Shown here: positions 37,761-47,043 of the stretch, piece by piece | Position numbering within the stretch: the stretch's first letter is position 1 | How the letters are laid out: each line of letters starts with the position of its first letter | Origin: Dehalococcoidales bacterium | GTDB lineage: Bacteria > Chloroflexota > Dehalococcoidia > Dehalococcoidales > RBG-16-60-22 | Assembly (NCBI GenBank): GCA_016930185.1 | Contig: JAFGHK010000008.1 | Location: forward strand, 1-53,345 | Direction: 5' to 3' | DNA length: 53,345 bases | Position numbers and translations under genes: made by a program | The notes under the pieces: model-generated | Told to the model about the DNA's origin: nothing | The model's input: only the letters and a program-made list of their open reading frames with translations | The model's database searches: none

Positions 37761-38057
37761 CTAGGCAATTATATAATACGCTACAATCAATAAGATGATG
37801 ATGATACCCGTTAAAATACCTATCCTCTTGAGGTCGCTGTTGATAAATTCATAATGCAGGGGCAGAGCTGCTGAAGCCGATGCCTTTTTTTGAACGGGGG
37901 CTTTTACCAGCGGAGCAGCAGCTACCGGGGCGCTTTCCCGGGCTATATTTCCGGAGGTCTCCTGTGGTAAGCCTGCGGCTGGTTGGGCTTGCCTGAATTT
38001 ACTCTTTTTCTTACTGCGATGACGCTTGCCTCGGCTGTGTTTGGATTTAGCTGGCAA
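37761..38057 (-). CDS. Hypothetical protein with basic N-terminus and C-terminal TM helix
   Basis: AGGAGG RBS before TTG. Fills the xerD-pcm gap. K/R-rich start and hydrophobic tail. Confidence 0.75.
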   Translation of the reverse strand: MPAKSKHSRGKRHRSKKKSKFRQAQPAAGLPQETSGNIARESAPVAAAPLVKAPVQKKASASAALPLHYEFINSDLKRIGILTGIIIILLIVAYYIIA

Positions 38058-38077
38058 TCGATTGCCTCCTGAAGATA

Positions 38078-38974
38078 TTATTTAGCTCTCGGGTGTGACT
38101 TATCGTAAGTACGGCGTACCTGTTCAGTAGTCAGGTGAGTATAGACCTGGGTGGTGGAGATATTGGCGTGTCCCAGCAGTTCCTGCACCGACCTTAAGTC
38201 GGCTCCGCCGCCAAGCATGTGAGTGGCAAAGCTGTGCCGCAGTGTATGCGGGCTGACTTTAGGACCCAGGCCGGCCGACTTGGCGTATTCCTTTAGCTTT
38301 TGCCAGAACCCCTGCCGGGTGAGCCTTTCACCACGGGCGTTGAGGAACAAAGCCGTATCTTTCTTGCCGTGGGCAAGTTTGGGCCGGTCTTCATTAATAT
38401 AGTCCTGTACCGTCCTGGCGATGTTTTCATACAGGGGAATAATACGTTCTTTACGGCCCTTGCCGAAACACCGCACGAAGTAATCGGCTTTAGTATTAAC
38501 GTCGCCCAGATTCAAGGCCACCAGTTCGCTGATTCTCATACCGCTGGCGTAGAGCAACTCCAGCATCGCGCGGTCGCGTTTGGCTTCCGCCGTGGATAGT
38601 TTAGCTGGCTGCTCCAGCAGCAGGCGCACCTGATTGATGGGAATCGGCTTGGGTAAAGCCTTGCCCACGCTCGGCGAACTCATGTTTTCCGTGGGGTTGG
38701 TTTTAATGATGCCTTCCGCAACCAGAAAGCTGAAGAAAGACCTGGCAGCGGCTACCTTACGCGCCACCGTGGTCGCCACATAACCCCGCTCTTTGAGATT
38801 AAGCATGTAGCTTAACATCGTCTGCCTGTTGAAATTAGCCCAGGAAGACACCGACTCTTTACCCGCGAAATCGGCCAGTCCCGTAAGGTCGTTCCGGTAG
38901 GCGGAAATGGTATGCTCGGAGTATCCCTTTTCAACCGCCAGAAAATGTAAAAAGTTTTCAATCGGCTCTTTCAT
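38078..38974 (-). CDS. xerD: Site-specific tyrosine recombinase XerD
   Basis: RDRAMLELLYASGMRISEL, GKGRKER, LTRQGFW, SPHTLRHSFATH, VQELLGH, TTQVYT. Confidence 0.93.
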   Translation of the reverse strand: MKEPIENFLHFLAVEKGYSEHTISAYRNDLTGLADFAGKESVSSWANFNRQTMLSYMLNLKERGYVATTVARKVAAARSFFSFLVAEGIIKTNPTENMSSPSVGKALPKPIPINQVRLLLEQPAKLSTAEAKRDRAMLELLYASGMRISELVALNLGDVNTKADYFVRCFGKGRKERIIPLYENIARTVQDYINEDRPKLAHGKKDTALFLNARGERLTRQGFWQKLKEYAKSAGLGPKVSPHTLRHSFATHMLGGGADLRSVQELLGHANISTTQVYTHLTTEQVRRTYDKSHPRAK

Positions 38975-39027
38975 ATCATCTCCTCATGGACAGTGTTATC
39001 ACGGCCCTGCCGTTAAGATTTACGCTT

Positions 39028-39053
39028 ATATTTTAACATAATATTTTAACATA
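39028..39053. repeat. Perfect 13-bp tandem duplication ATATTTTAACATA upstream of xerD
   Basis: Copies at 39028-39040 and 39041-39053. Confidence 0.85.
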
Positions 39054-39291
39054 AAAAAGCCAATATCAATCAACGTGCCTAGAAATTATACCAGTTATTG
39101 ATAAATATTACTTAATTACCATGGAATGTTAGATGTGTTAAAAACGTGATGTAATTTTGAGGTAAAAATGATAACCCCCGTATTTGACCTTACGTATTAG
39201 CCATGACCAAAAAGCTATTGTAGCAGTGACGAAAGACATATAAGATGATTAACGTAGGGTGTATAACGCGATATAAAAAGGCAATCTTTTC

Positions 39292-40812
39292 ATGAGTTCA
39301 CCTATTGAAGAAATCAAGAATATCTTGAGTAAACAATCACCCGAGCCGGAAGCACTGCGCCTGATTCCGGAGACGCTGGCCCGCAAGCATGTTGCAATCC
39401 CACTCGCTATAGAGGGCAATATCCTGCGTGTGGCTATGGCTAATCCCTCCGATATCCTGGCACTGGAAGCCCTGGCGAGCTGGAGTCAGATGCGTATCGA
39501 GACCGAAGCCGCAACACAGGAAGAAGTGCTTGAGGCTATCGACTTTAATTATAAAAATTACGAGGAAATTGAAAAACAGATTTCAAACATAACACTTGCC
39601 GAGGTTGCTAAAGCCGATAAGCAGATTATTATCGACCCCAATACCGAGGCGGCGCCCGTAGCCCATGCATTAACTCTCATCATCGATGAAGCGGTCAAAG
39701 CCAGAGCTTCCGATGTCCACCTTCACCCGGGGGAGGATATTCTACGGGTACGCTTCCGTATCGACGGCACGCTGCAAGACATGTTTTCTTTACCCCTGAC
39801 TACCATGACGCAGCTTATATCCAGGATAAAAATAATGGGAAAAATGAATATCGCCGACCATCACCGCCCGCAGGACGGACAATTCTCGGTAAAAGCCAAA
39901 GGCCGGTTAATCGATATCAGGGTGTCCATTATCGCTACCGTTTACGGAGAAATGGCGGTCTTACGTCTCCTGGATAAATCAACTGCGACTCTAAATCTGA
40001 CCGAACTTGGATTTCTGCCCGAAAGTCTCGCCACGTATGAAAATATGCTCAAGGTACCTTACGGTGTTATCCTGGTCAGCGGGCCGACCGGAGCCGGCAA
40101 GACAACGACGCTTTACGCCTCGCTGAATTCGCTCGACCAGACATCGCGCAATATCATCACCGTAGAAGACCCTGTGGAGTACCGGTTTTCCAATATCAAC
40201 CAGATACAGGTCAACACGCGCGCCGGTATTACCTTTGCCAGCGGGTTGAGGTCGATACTTAGACTCGACCCTGACGTTATTTTAATAGGAGAGATACGAG
40301 ACGCGGAAACTGCCAACATCGCTATTCAGTCCGCCCTGACCGGCCACCTTGTTCTGTCATCTATCCACGCTAACGACTCCGTAGGCGTGGTATTACGTCT
40401 GCTGGACCTCGGTGTGGAGCCTTTCCTAGTATCGTCGGCCCTGATTGGGGTTGTCGCCCAGCGGATGGCGCGGCGTATCTGCTCCCATTGCGCCCAGGTT
40501 TCCAAGGCTTCTCCGGAAGAGACAATGATTTACGCCCAGGAAATGGGCGAGGAAAAAGAGGAGTTTATGCAGGGGACCGGCTGTAAATCATGTTCCAACA
40601 GCGGCTACCGGGGCAGGACGGGCATATTCGAGATTCTCGTTAACAACGATAATATCAAGTCTTTACTGCTAAAAGAGGCTTCGGCTTCCGAATTACGCGC
40701 ACAGGCTATTGAAGACGGGATGGTTACGTTGGTGAAAGACGGGATGAAAAAGGTGAAGAAGAACGTAACCACTCCTGCGGAGGTTATGCGTAATGCTTAT
40801 ACCGTTGTCTAG
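39292..40812 (+). CDS. pilB: Type IV pilus assembly ATPase (PilB/GspE)
   Basis: ASDVH, PQDG, GPTGAGKTTT, TVEDPVEY, LRLDPD..GEIRD, tetracysteine CSHC/CKSC, GYRGRTG. Confidence 0.93.
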   Translation: MSSPIEEIKNILSKQSPEPEALRLIPETLARKHVAIPLAIEGNILRVAMANPSDILALEALASWSQMRIETEAATQEEVLEAIDFNYKNYEEIEKQISNITLAEVAKADKQIIIDPNTEAAPVAHALTLIIDEAVKARASDVHLHPGEDILRVRFRIDGTLQDMFSLPLTTMTQLISRIKIMGKMNIADHHRPQDGQFSVKAKGRLIDIRVSIIATVYGEMAVLRLLDKSTATLNLTELGFLPESLATYENMLKVPYGVILVSGPTGAGKTTTLYASLNSLDQTSRNIITVEDPVEYRFSNINQIQVNTRAGITFASGLRSILRLDPDVILIGEIRDAETANIAIQSALTGHLVLSSIHANDSVGVVLRLLDLGVEPFLVSSALIGVVAQRMARRICSHCAQVSKASPEETMIYAQEMGEEKEEFMQGTGCKSCSNSGYRGRTGIFEILVNNDNIKSLLLKEASASELRAQAIEDGMVTLVKDGMKKVKKNVTTPAEVMRNAYTVV

Positions 40813-40848
40813 GGCTTTATTGTAATGGAATAAAGCTGGGGAATAATC

Positions 40849-42057
40849 ATGCTTTATCAATATATCGCCTGCAGCGAGTCCGGCGAAATCGTCAAGGGAA
40901 AACTGACTGCCAGCAGTGAAGACTCTATCGCCGAAATGCTGGGAGTTGCAGGATATCGCCTTATTAATTTGCGTCCTTTTATTCCTTTCTTAAGCCTGGA
41001 GAAGCTGTCGGCGCAATTATTCCCGGTCAAGCCGAACGATATAATCATGCTTTTTCGACAGCTGGCCCTGCTGCTTGAGTCGGGGGTCAACATCGTTACC
41101 TCGCTGGAGCTGATGCAGGAGCAAATCACGAACCGTACTTTAAGGAAGGTCATTACTGAAGTAATAGAAGATATCAGGGCAGGCAATCAGCTTTCTGTGG
41201 CAATGAGCCGGCACCCGGATGTGTTTCCTATCCTAGCCTGCCGGTCGTTAAGTATCGGCGAGCAGACCGGAGGTTTAGAGACGATGCTGCGGCAGGTTGC
41301 CGATTATATGGAGAAGGAGATTGCCTCTAAGAAGGGAATCAAGGGAGCCCTGATGTACCCCGCCATAGCCTTGGTTGTCACCGTTATAGTCGTCGGTGTG
41401 CTTATGTTTTTTGTAATACCCGCTTTCGCCGGATTCTATGCGGACCTGGGGGCGGAGCTGCCGAGCATAACTCAAATGATGCTGGACCTATCTGCAATTC
41501 TGCGCGATAACTTCATGATAATATTCCTGGTGATTTTAATAGCAGTAGCTCTGGCTTTTATTTATTTCAGGACGGAGGACGGAAAATATAACCTTGATAG
41601 AATTATGCTGCGCATACCGCAACTGGGCAGGGTAAGACATCTTAATGAGCTTTCCCGCTCCGCCCGGAGTATCTCTTTACTGTATGCAGCCGGTCTGCCG
41701 CTGACAGAAATCATGCCGCTTGTTATCCAGGGGTGCAACAACCGTGTGATGGCACAAGCTTTATACGGTGTCCAGACGGAAATGCTAAAAGGAGAAGGCC
41801 TGGCCAAACCGATGTCTAAAAACCGGCTCTTCCTGCCGATGATGGTACAGATGGTAAAAGTCGGTGAGGAAACGGGCAACTTAGACTCGTCTTTACAGGC
41901 AGTGGCCAACAATTACGAGGCGGAAGCCCAGGACAAGACCAAGTCGCTGATTGCCATGATACAGCCGATGATGACTGTTGTTATTGCCGGCGTTGTCGGC
42001 GTTATTGCTTTATCGATGGTCTCGGCAATGTACTCGATGTACGGGCAGGCATTTTAA
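40849..42057 (+). CDS. pilC: Type IV pilus platform protein (PilC/GspF)
   Basis: RQLAxLLxSG, GExxGxL twice, ALMYP, three TMs. Confidence 0.93.
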   Translation: MLYQYIACSESGEIVKGKLTASSEDSIAEMLGVAGYRLINLRPFIPFLSLEKLSAQLFPVKPNDIIMLFRQLALLLESGVNIVTSLELMQEQITNRTLRKVITEVIEDIRAGNQLSVAMSRHPDVFPILACRSLSIGEQTGGLETMLRQVADYMEKEIASKKGIKGALMYPAIALVVTVIVVGVLMFFVIPAFAGFYADLGAELPSITQMMLDLSAILRDNFMIIFLVILIAVALAFIYFRTEDGKYNLDRIMLRIPQLGRVRHLNELSRSARSISLLYAAGLPLTEIMPLVIQGCNNRVMAQALYGVQTEMLKGEGLAKPMSKNRLFLPMMVQMVKVGEETGNLDSSLQAVANNYEAEAQDKTKSLIAMIQPMMTVVIAGVVGVIALSMVSAMYSMYGQAF

Positions 42058-42085
42058 CCAGGCAAGCTATTATAGGACATAAGAC

Positions 42086-42652
42086 ATGAAAGGTTTCAAG
42101 TTCAGCAAAACAGGATTGCTTATTCTTGCGGCCGGCGCGTTTATCGTTGTGCTGGCAAGTCTCGGTTTCATGCGTTTCAGCCAGACATCGGAGCAGGACA
42201 GTCTTAATGATGATTTAGCTCTATCAGAGACAAGATTAAGCTTCATGGACATCCAGCCGTTACAGGTACAGCTAGCTGAACTCGAGGAACTGCTAAGCGA
42301 GAGTGAAAGCCTGCTGGCAGAAGTAAAACAAAGGCTGACCCAATCAGTTATCAGTGTTAATGTTACCGATAAATTTTATGAAATAGCCGCCTATCACAGC
42401 ATAATAGTCGATTCTATAAGCACGACAAAAAATCAGTCGGGGGATTATGAAGGTGTTGCCTGCACATTGATAACTATTAACGCTGGCGTCACCGGCGACC
42501 TATCGCATGTTATCGATTTTATTACCGGCCTGAACAACAATTTCACCACCGGATATGTTGAATCGGTACAGATAGTTGTTGGTGACGAGGAGGCTGCAGT
42601 CAGCACTTCGGCTAATATTATGATGGTCGTTTATGCGTATGAGGGTATATAG
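42086..42652 (+). CDS. PilO-like alignment protein
   Basis: N-terminal TM, coiled coil, ferredoxin-like C-terminus (VTGDLxxVxDFI). Operon position. Confidence 0.65.
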   Translation: MKGFKFSKTGLLILAAGAFIVVLASLGFMRFSQTSEQDSLNDDLALSETRLSFMDIQPLQVQLAELEELLSESESLLAEVKQRLTQSVISVNVTDKFYEIAAYHSIIVDSISTTKNQSGDYEGVACTLITINAGVTGDLSHVIDFITGLNNNFTTGYVESVQIVVGDEEAAVSTSANIMMVVYAYEGI

Positions 42653-42654
42653 AA

Positions 42655-44136
42655 ATGCCAGGAACAATTGTTTCACTATATATAGATGACGTAAGCCTAC
42701 GGTTAATGGTTACCCGCGGCAAGCGTATTGCCACGCTGGCCGAAACACCTCTTGATACCAGCCTGGGGGACATCGATACCAAAGAAAAAGAGGCCCAGCT
42801 GGCCGATATAATAAAAAACCTCCTCAAATCAAATAAGGTAACTTCCAGGAAGATAGTCCTTGGTTTGAGCGGGCTTCATTGTTTGACGCGTCCGCTTGTT
42901 TTGCCCCAGCTACCCCGGGCGATGTTGAAAGAGGCTATTACCAGGGAGGCCCAACGGGTATTGCCGGTGCCCATCGACCAGCTTTATCTTTCATGGCAGG
43001 TGATATCCACTTTGGAAGATAAACTGTATGTGTACATAGTAGCTTTGCCCCGTGAAATGGCGGATATGGTCGTAAGGGTAGTCAACCAGGCGGGTTATAA
43101 ACCGTACCTGATGGATATTAAACCCATGGCGCTGGCCAGACTCTGCAGAGAAAGCAATGCTGTTGTTATAGATGTGCAGGCTAAAGAATTTGACATCATC
43201 ATTATCAGCGATAATATACCCCAGCCAGTACGCACGGTGTCCTTCCCGAGTGAAGCGCTGTCCCTGGAGGAAAAATTCGACGTTATCGAAGACGATCTCA
43301 AGCGCACAATGCAGTTTTATAACAAAAACAATGCCGATAAAGCTATTCAACCGGATGCGACGCTACTAGTTTCCGGGGATCTGGCTACCGCTCCAGAACT
43401 CTACGAACCGCTGGCTAAAGAACTCGGTTTAAAAGCAGAATTGCTGGCTTCACCACTAAAAAGCATGAAGGACCTCGATGCCTCTCACTATCTGGCAAAT
43501 GTCGGCCTCACCCTTAAAGAAATACCCAGGGAAGCCGGGCCGCTGCTGCCGAACCTGAATGTCCTGCCATCGCCTTATCAACCTAAACAGGTATCTATGC
43601 GTCAGGTAATGGCAGTTCCGGCAGTCGCTATCGCCATAGCCCTAATAGTCATGATGATAATGACCGTTCAGGAGACAGCGGCAAATATCGACTTTTTAAA
43701 TACCCAAATAATCACTAATAATTTCACACTGGAGAAAAGCCAGGCGCAGAAAAGGGTCCTGATGAATAATGTTTCTGATTTACAGTCGAAAATCGCCATG
43801 GCCGATACGCTATATTCGGTTTATGCTAATGCGTTTATTGACATGAATAAGACCGGCGATTTGATGAATACCGATCTGAATACTATGGTAGACAACGTCG
43901 TCGATGAACTGAACCTGGCCACGCTGGTCCATGCAGGCGGACAAATAAGTATCGATGGAAGTGCTTCCAGCGAGCAACTGGTACTGGAGTACGTAAGGGA
44001 CCTCCTGGCCACAAACAGGTTCGATGAAATCACCATCGTCAATATTACCAGAGCAGCCATTGGGGAAGAGGATGGTGAAGAGATAGTCACCTATGGATTT
44101 TCACTAAAATGTTATTTAAAGGATGGCCGACCATGA
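42655..44136 (+). CDS. PilM-PilN fusion protein
   Basis: Actin-like PilM N-terminal region (about 290 aa), LNVLP motif, TM, coiled coil, PilN-like IDGSA...YVxxL...F domain. Confidence 0.75.
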   Translation: MPGTIVSLYIDDVSLRLMVTRGKRIATLAETPLDTSLGDIDTKEKEAQLADIIKNLLKSNKVTSRKIVLGLSGLHCLTRPLVLPQLPRAMLKEAITREAQRVLPVPIDQLYLSWQVISTLEDKLYVYIVALPREMADMVVRVVNQAGYKPYLMDIKPMALARLCRESNAVVIDVQAKEFDIIIISDNIPQPVRTVSFPSEALSLEEKFDVIEDDLKRTMQFYNKNNADKAIQPDATLLVSGDLATAPELYEPLAKELGLKAELLASPLKSMKDLDASHYLANVGLTLKEIPREAGPLLPNLNVLPSPYQPKQVSMRQVMAVPAVAIAIALIVMMIMTVQETAANIDFLNTQIITNNFTLEKSQAQKRVLMNNVSDLQSKIAMADTLYSVYANAFIDMNKTGDLMNTDLNTMVDNVVDELNLATLVHAGGQISIDGSASSEQLVLEYVRDLLATNRFDEITIVNITRAAIGEEDGEEIVTYGFSLKCYLKDGRP

Positions 44137-45248
44137 CCGATATTATTAAGTTATTACAAACGGGCAAACAAAAAGGCGCCTCCGACCTGCACCTGGTTGT
44201 ATCAAGTCCTCCCTTATACCGTATTCACGGCAGTCTTCTGCCGGCGGATGAAATACCGGCATTATCGGCTGAGGATATAGAACAGGCGCTAAAGTCTATC
44301 ACGACGGAACAGGAAATGGCTGATTTTGCAAAAGACCTTGAACTTGATTTCGGCCGTACGGAACCGGAAGTAGGCAGAGTGCGTTTCAACGCCGCCAAAC
44401 AGCGGGGCAGTATCAGCCTGGTGGCGCGCTTATTGCCGTCAACCATCCCTTCCCTCGAAGAACTGGGCCTGCCGGCGGTCTGCAAAGAACTTATCAACCG
44501 CCCCCGCGGTCTGGTGGTAATCAGCGGACCTACTGGCAGCGGCAAATCCACGACCCTCGCCTCCATGATTCAGTATCTTAACCATACAGAAAGCCGCCGC
44601 GTGATTACGATAGAAGACCCAATCGAATACACCTATGAAAATGAAAAATGTACCATCACCCAGCGTGAACTCGGCCACGATACCCATTCCTTTGCCGAGG
44701 CGTTAAGGCATGTCTTGAGACAGGACCCGGATGTCATTCTGGTCGGTGAGATGCGCGACCTCGAAACAGCCTCGACGGCGCTTACCGTTGCTGAAACCGG
44801 CCACCTGGTGCTGACCACAGGACATGCCCCGAGTACGTCACAGGCTATCGAGCGTATCGCCAACATGTTCCCGCCCCACGAGCGTACGCTGGCGCAGACT
44901 CGTCTGGCATCGCTGCTTCTCGGCATCCTCTGCCAGTCCCTGGTGCCCAAAGCCGACGGCTCGGGACGGGTGGCAGCTATTGAAGTCATGCTGGCTAACT
45001 CCGCAATTAGAAACCTCATCAGAGACGGTAAGACCTTCCAGCTGCCCAATACTATCCGCATGAGCACGCAGCAGGGCATGGAGCTGCTCGACCAGGCGCT
45101 GGTCAGGCTTTATAAAAGCAATACTATTAAAAAGGAAATGGTATTCGACTTCTGTAATGACCGCGACGAAATAGTACGTCTTACCGGTGAAAAAGCAGAC
45201 GCAAAAACCAGTGAAAACCAGACCGTATTTACCCCCCAGTTTAACTAG
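44133..45248 (+). CDS. pilT: Type IV pilus retraction ATPase
   Basis: ASDLHL, GPTGSGKSTT, TIEDPIEY, LRQDPD..GEMRD, AIRNLIRD. ATG44133 overlaps the upstream stop (ATGA). Confidence 0.94.
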   Translation: MTDIIKLLQTGKQKGASDLHLVVSSPPLYRIHGSLLPADEIPALSAEDIEQALKSITTEQEMADFAKDLELDFGRTEPEVGRVRFNAAKQRGSISLVARLLPSTIPSLEELGLPAVCKELINRPRGLVVISGPTGSGKSTTLASMIQYLNHTESRRVITIEDPIEYTYENEKCTITQRELGHDTHSFAEALRHVLRQDPDVILVGEMRDLETASTALTVAETGHLVLTTGHAPSTSQAIERIANMFPPHERTLAQTRLASLLLGILCQSLVPKADGSGRVAAIEVMLANSAIRNLIRDGKTFQLPNTIRMSTQQGMELLDQALVRLYKSNTIKKEMVFDFCNDRDEIVRLTGEKADAKTSENQTVFTPQFN

Positions 45249-45349
45249 GAATACACCCGATAACCAAATACCGAGCAGGTCTAAATATCAACCACGTGAC
45301 TCCTAATCTGCTATAATCATATCAGGTTTCTTTGATGGAGGGAGTCACG

Positions 45350-46216
45350 ATGAAAAAGACCGGCGTATTTTACCACGATATTTGCGGTAAAGAAGCTTAT
45401 TCCAGTCTGGCCATGGGCGTTGCCGACGGATTTAAAGGCATAGAAAAGGCCGGACTATTTTCCAGGCCAAACATTACCCACTATGAATCAAGGCCGGCTA
45501 CCGAGGAAGAGATAGCCAGAATCCATACCAGAAAATGGATTGAAGAGGTGAAGCGCACCCAGTGGTGGCGGGTGTCCCTTTATTCTATCGGCGGGGTCCT
45601 TGAGGCGACGGAAAAGGTCTTAAGAGGAGAACTCGATAATGCGCTGGTAATCGCCGGGGTGGGCGGACACCATGCCCACAGGGACAGCGCCTGGGGAGGC
45701 TGTTATTTCAGCGTGACCGGACTGGCTATTCCCCATGCCCGCGAGCATTTTAAAGCCCGGAGATTCGCCATCGTGGACACGGATACACATCATGCCGACG
45801 GCGTGAGGGACATTTTCAAGGATGACGATGAAGTCCTGCATATCTGCTTCTGCCACGGTTACGGCTGGGACGAGGACCCTGACAGCTTAACGACCAACGA
45901 GACCAAGATGTGTTTCTCTCACGGCCATAACGATGCTTCGGAGATAGAAAACGTGCGGAGAGAAGTACCGGAAAGAGTTAAGAAATTCAAGCCGGACATG
46001 CTTTTCTGGATAATGGGTATGGATACTCACCAGGACAGCTATGGCACCCAGGCATTAACGGAAAAAGCCTATCCTGCGATGGCAGAAATTATAAAAGATA
46101 CCGCCGAGCAGTCCTGCGGCGGCAAGCTGATAGTCAAGACCTGCTGCAACGCCCCGCCCCATGCCACCTCGTACGCTTTGCCGGGCATTGTTAACATATT
46201 GGCTGAAATCGATTAA
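45350..46216 (+). CDS. Histone deacetylase/AcuC-like Zn amidohydrolase, divergent
   Basis: GHHA, GGCYF, DTDTHHADG, GMDTH. GGAGGGAG RBS before ATG45350 and own TGnTATAAT at 45309-45317. Confidence 0.85.
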   Translation: MKKTGVFYHDICGKEAYSSLAMGVADGFKGIEKAGLFSRPNITHYESRPATEEEIARIHTRKWIEEVKRTQWWRVSLYSIGGVLEATEKVLRGELDNALVIAGVGGHHAHRDSAWGGCYFSVTGLAIPHAREHFKARRFAIVDTDTHHADGVRDIFKDDDEVLHICFCHGYGWDEDPDSLTTNETKMCFSHGHNDASEIENVRREVPERVKKFKPDMLFWIMGMDTHQDSYGTQALTEKAYPAMAEIIKDTAEQSCGGKLIVKTCCNAPPHATSYALPGIVNILAEID

Positions 46217-46235
46217 ACAATCGGAAGACAATAGA

Positions 46236-46277
46236 AAGCCTACCAGCTGACGAGGGAGTATTTTAGCTGGTAGGCTT
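46236..46277. terminator. Long hairpin between the convergent HDAC and pilin genes, probable terminator
   Basis: Perfect 13-bp inverted repeat AAGCCTACCAGCT/AGCTGGTAGGCTT around a 16-nt loop. Confidence 0.7.
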
Positions 46278-46314
46278 ATTGGCTTTTATATCATTCTTTC
46301 TTGATTATACCCGA

Positions 46315-46740
46315 TTAGGGATAATATATCTGGTTAACAGAGCCGTCTATTTCTATGTTATATCCACCAGATACACTGGTATAGCCACCGGCAAGGTAAT
46401 CACCCACAGTGTACGTAGTAGCGCCTACTGTTGCCACGTTGCAGTCGGTCCATGCTTCTGGTGTAGCGCCGCTAGTGGTTAAACCGAAGTTAATTGTTAC
46501 GCCATCATCGTTGCCTTGGCTTATGTTGGCAGATACTGCGTCGGCCATCGCTGCGGTGACTGCGGTAACGATGTTGGCAAGCTCGGTATCCGCAGCCTCT
46601 TCGGCTCCTCTGCCGATAAATTTACCGACGTTGGGTACAGCCACGGCAGCCAGCACACCGAGAATCGCCACGACGACCAGCAACTCAATCAGTGTGAAGC
46701 CTTTTTCCCCATAACGGAAACTTTTGAAGAACTTTTTCAT
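46315..46740 (-). CDS. Type IV pilin (probable major pilin)
   Basis: Class III signal peptide EKG|FTLIELLVVVAILGVLAAVAVP. GGAGG RBS. Confidence 0.93.
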   Translation of the reverse strand: MKKFFKSFRYGEKGFTLIELLVVVAILGVLAAVAVPNVGKFIGRGAEEAADTELANIVTAVTAAMADAVSANISQGNDDGVTINFGLTTSGATPEAWTDCNVATVGATTYTVGDYLAGGYTSVSGGYNIEIDGSVNQIYYP

Positions 46741-47043
46741 TGGTTACCTCCATAGTTGAACGTTAATAATTTTTCCCCTAAATAAAACTCTAACACAGCC
46801 ATATTATTGTACAATGGGGTATTAGTCCCACATTTATATGAGAATAAAGTCATAAGCAATTCCTGAAGCTAATCAATCTCCGTAAAAATCGGCTAAAATC
46901 AGCGCTTTTTCTTTAAAGATAACCCTTGATTGAACAGGGTAATTACCTGCATGAAAAAACATAGGTAGCCTGTTGACTATAAAGTAAAAAAACGTCAAAA
47001 TATATCAGCGGTGAGGAATAAAAGACGGAATAAGTTTAACTAA

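Noticed and set aside
38078-38974. Tyrosine recombinase as an integron or phage integrase
   Set aside because: It has XerD-type length and motifs, no IntI insertion, and no attC array or phage genes nearby.
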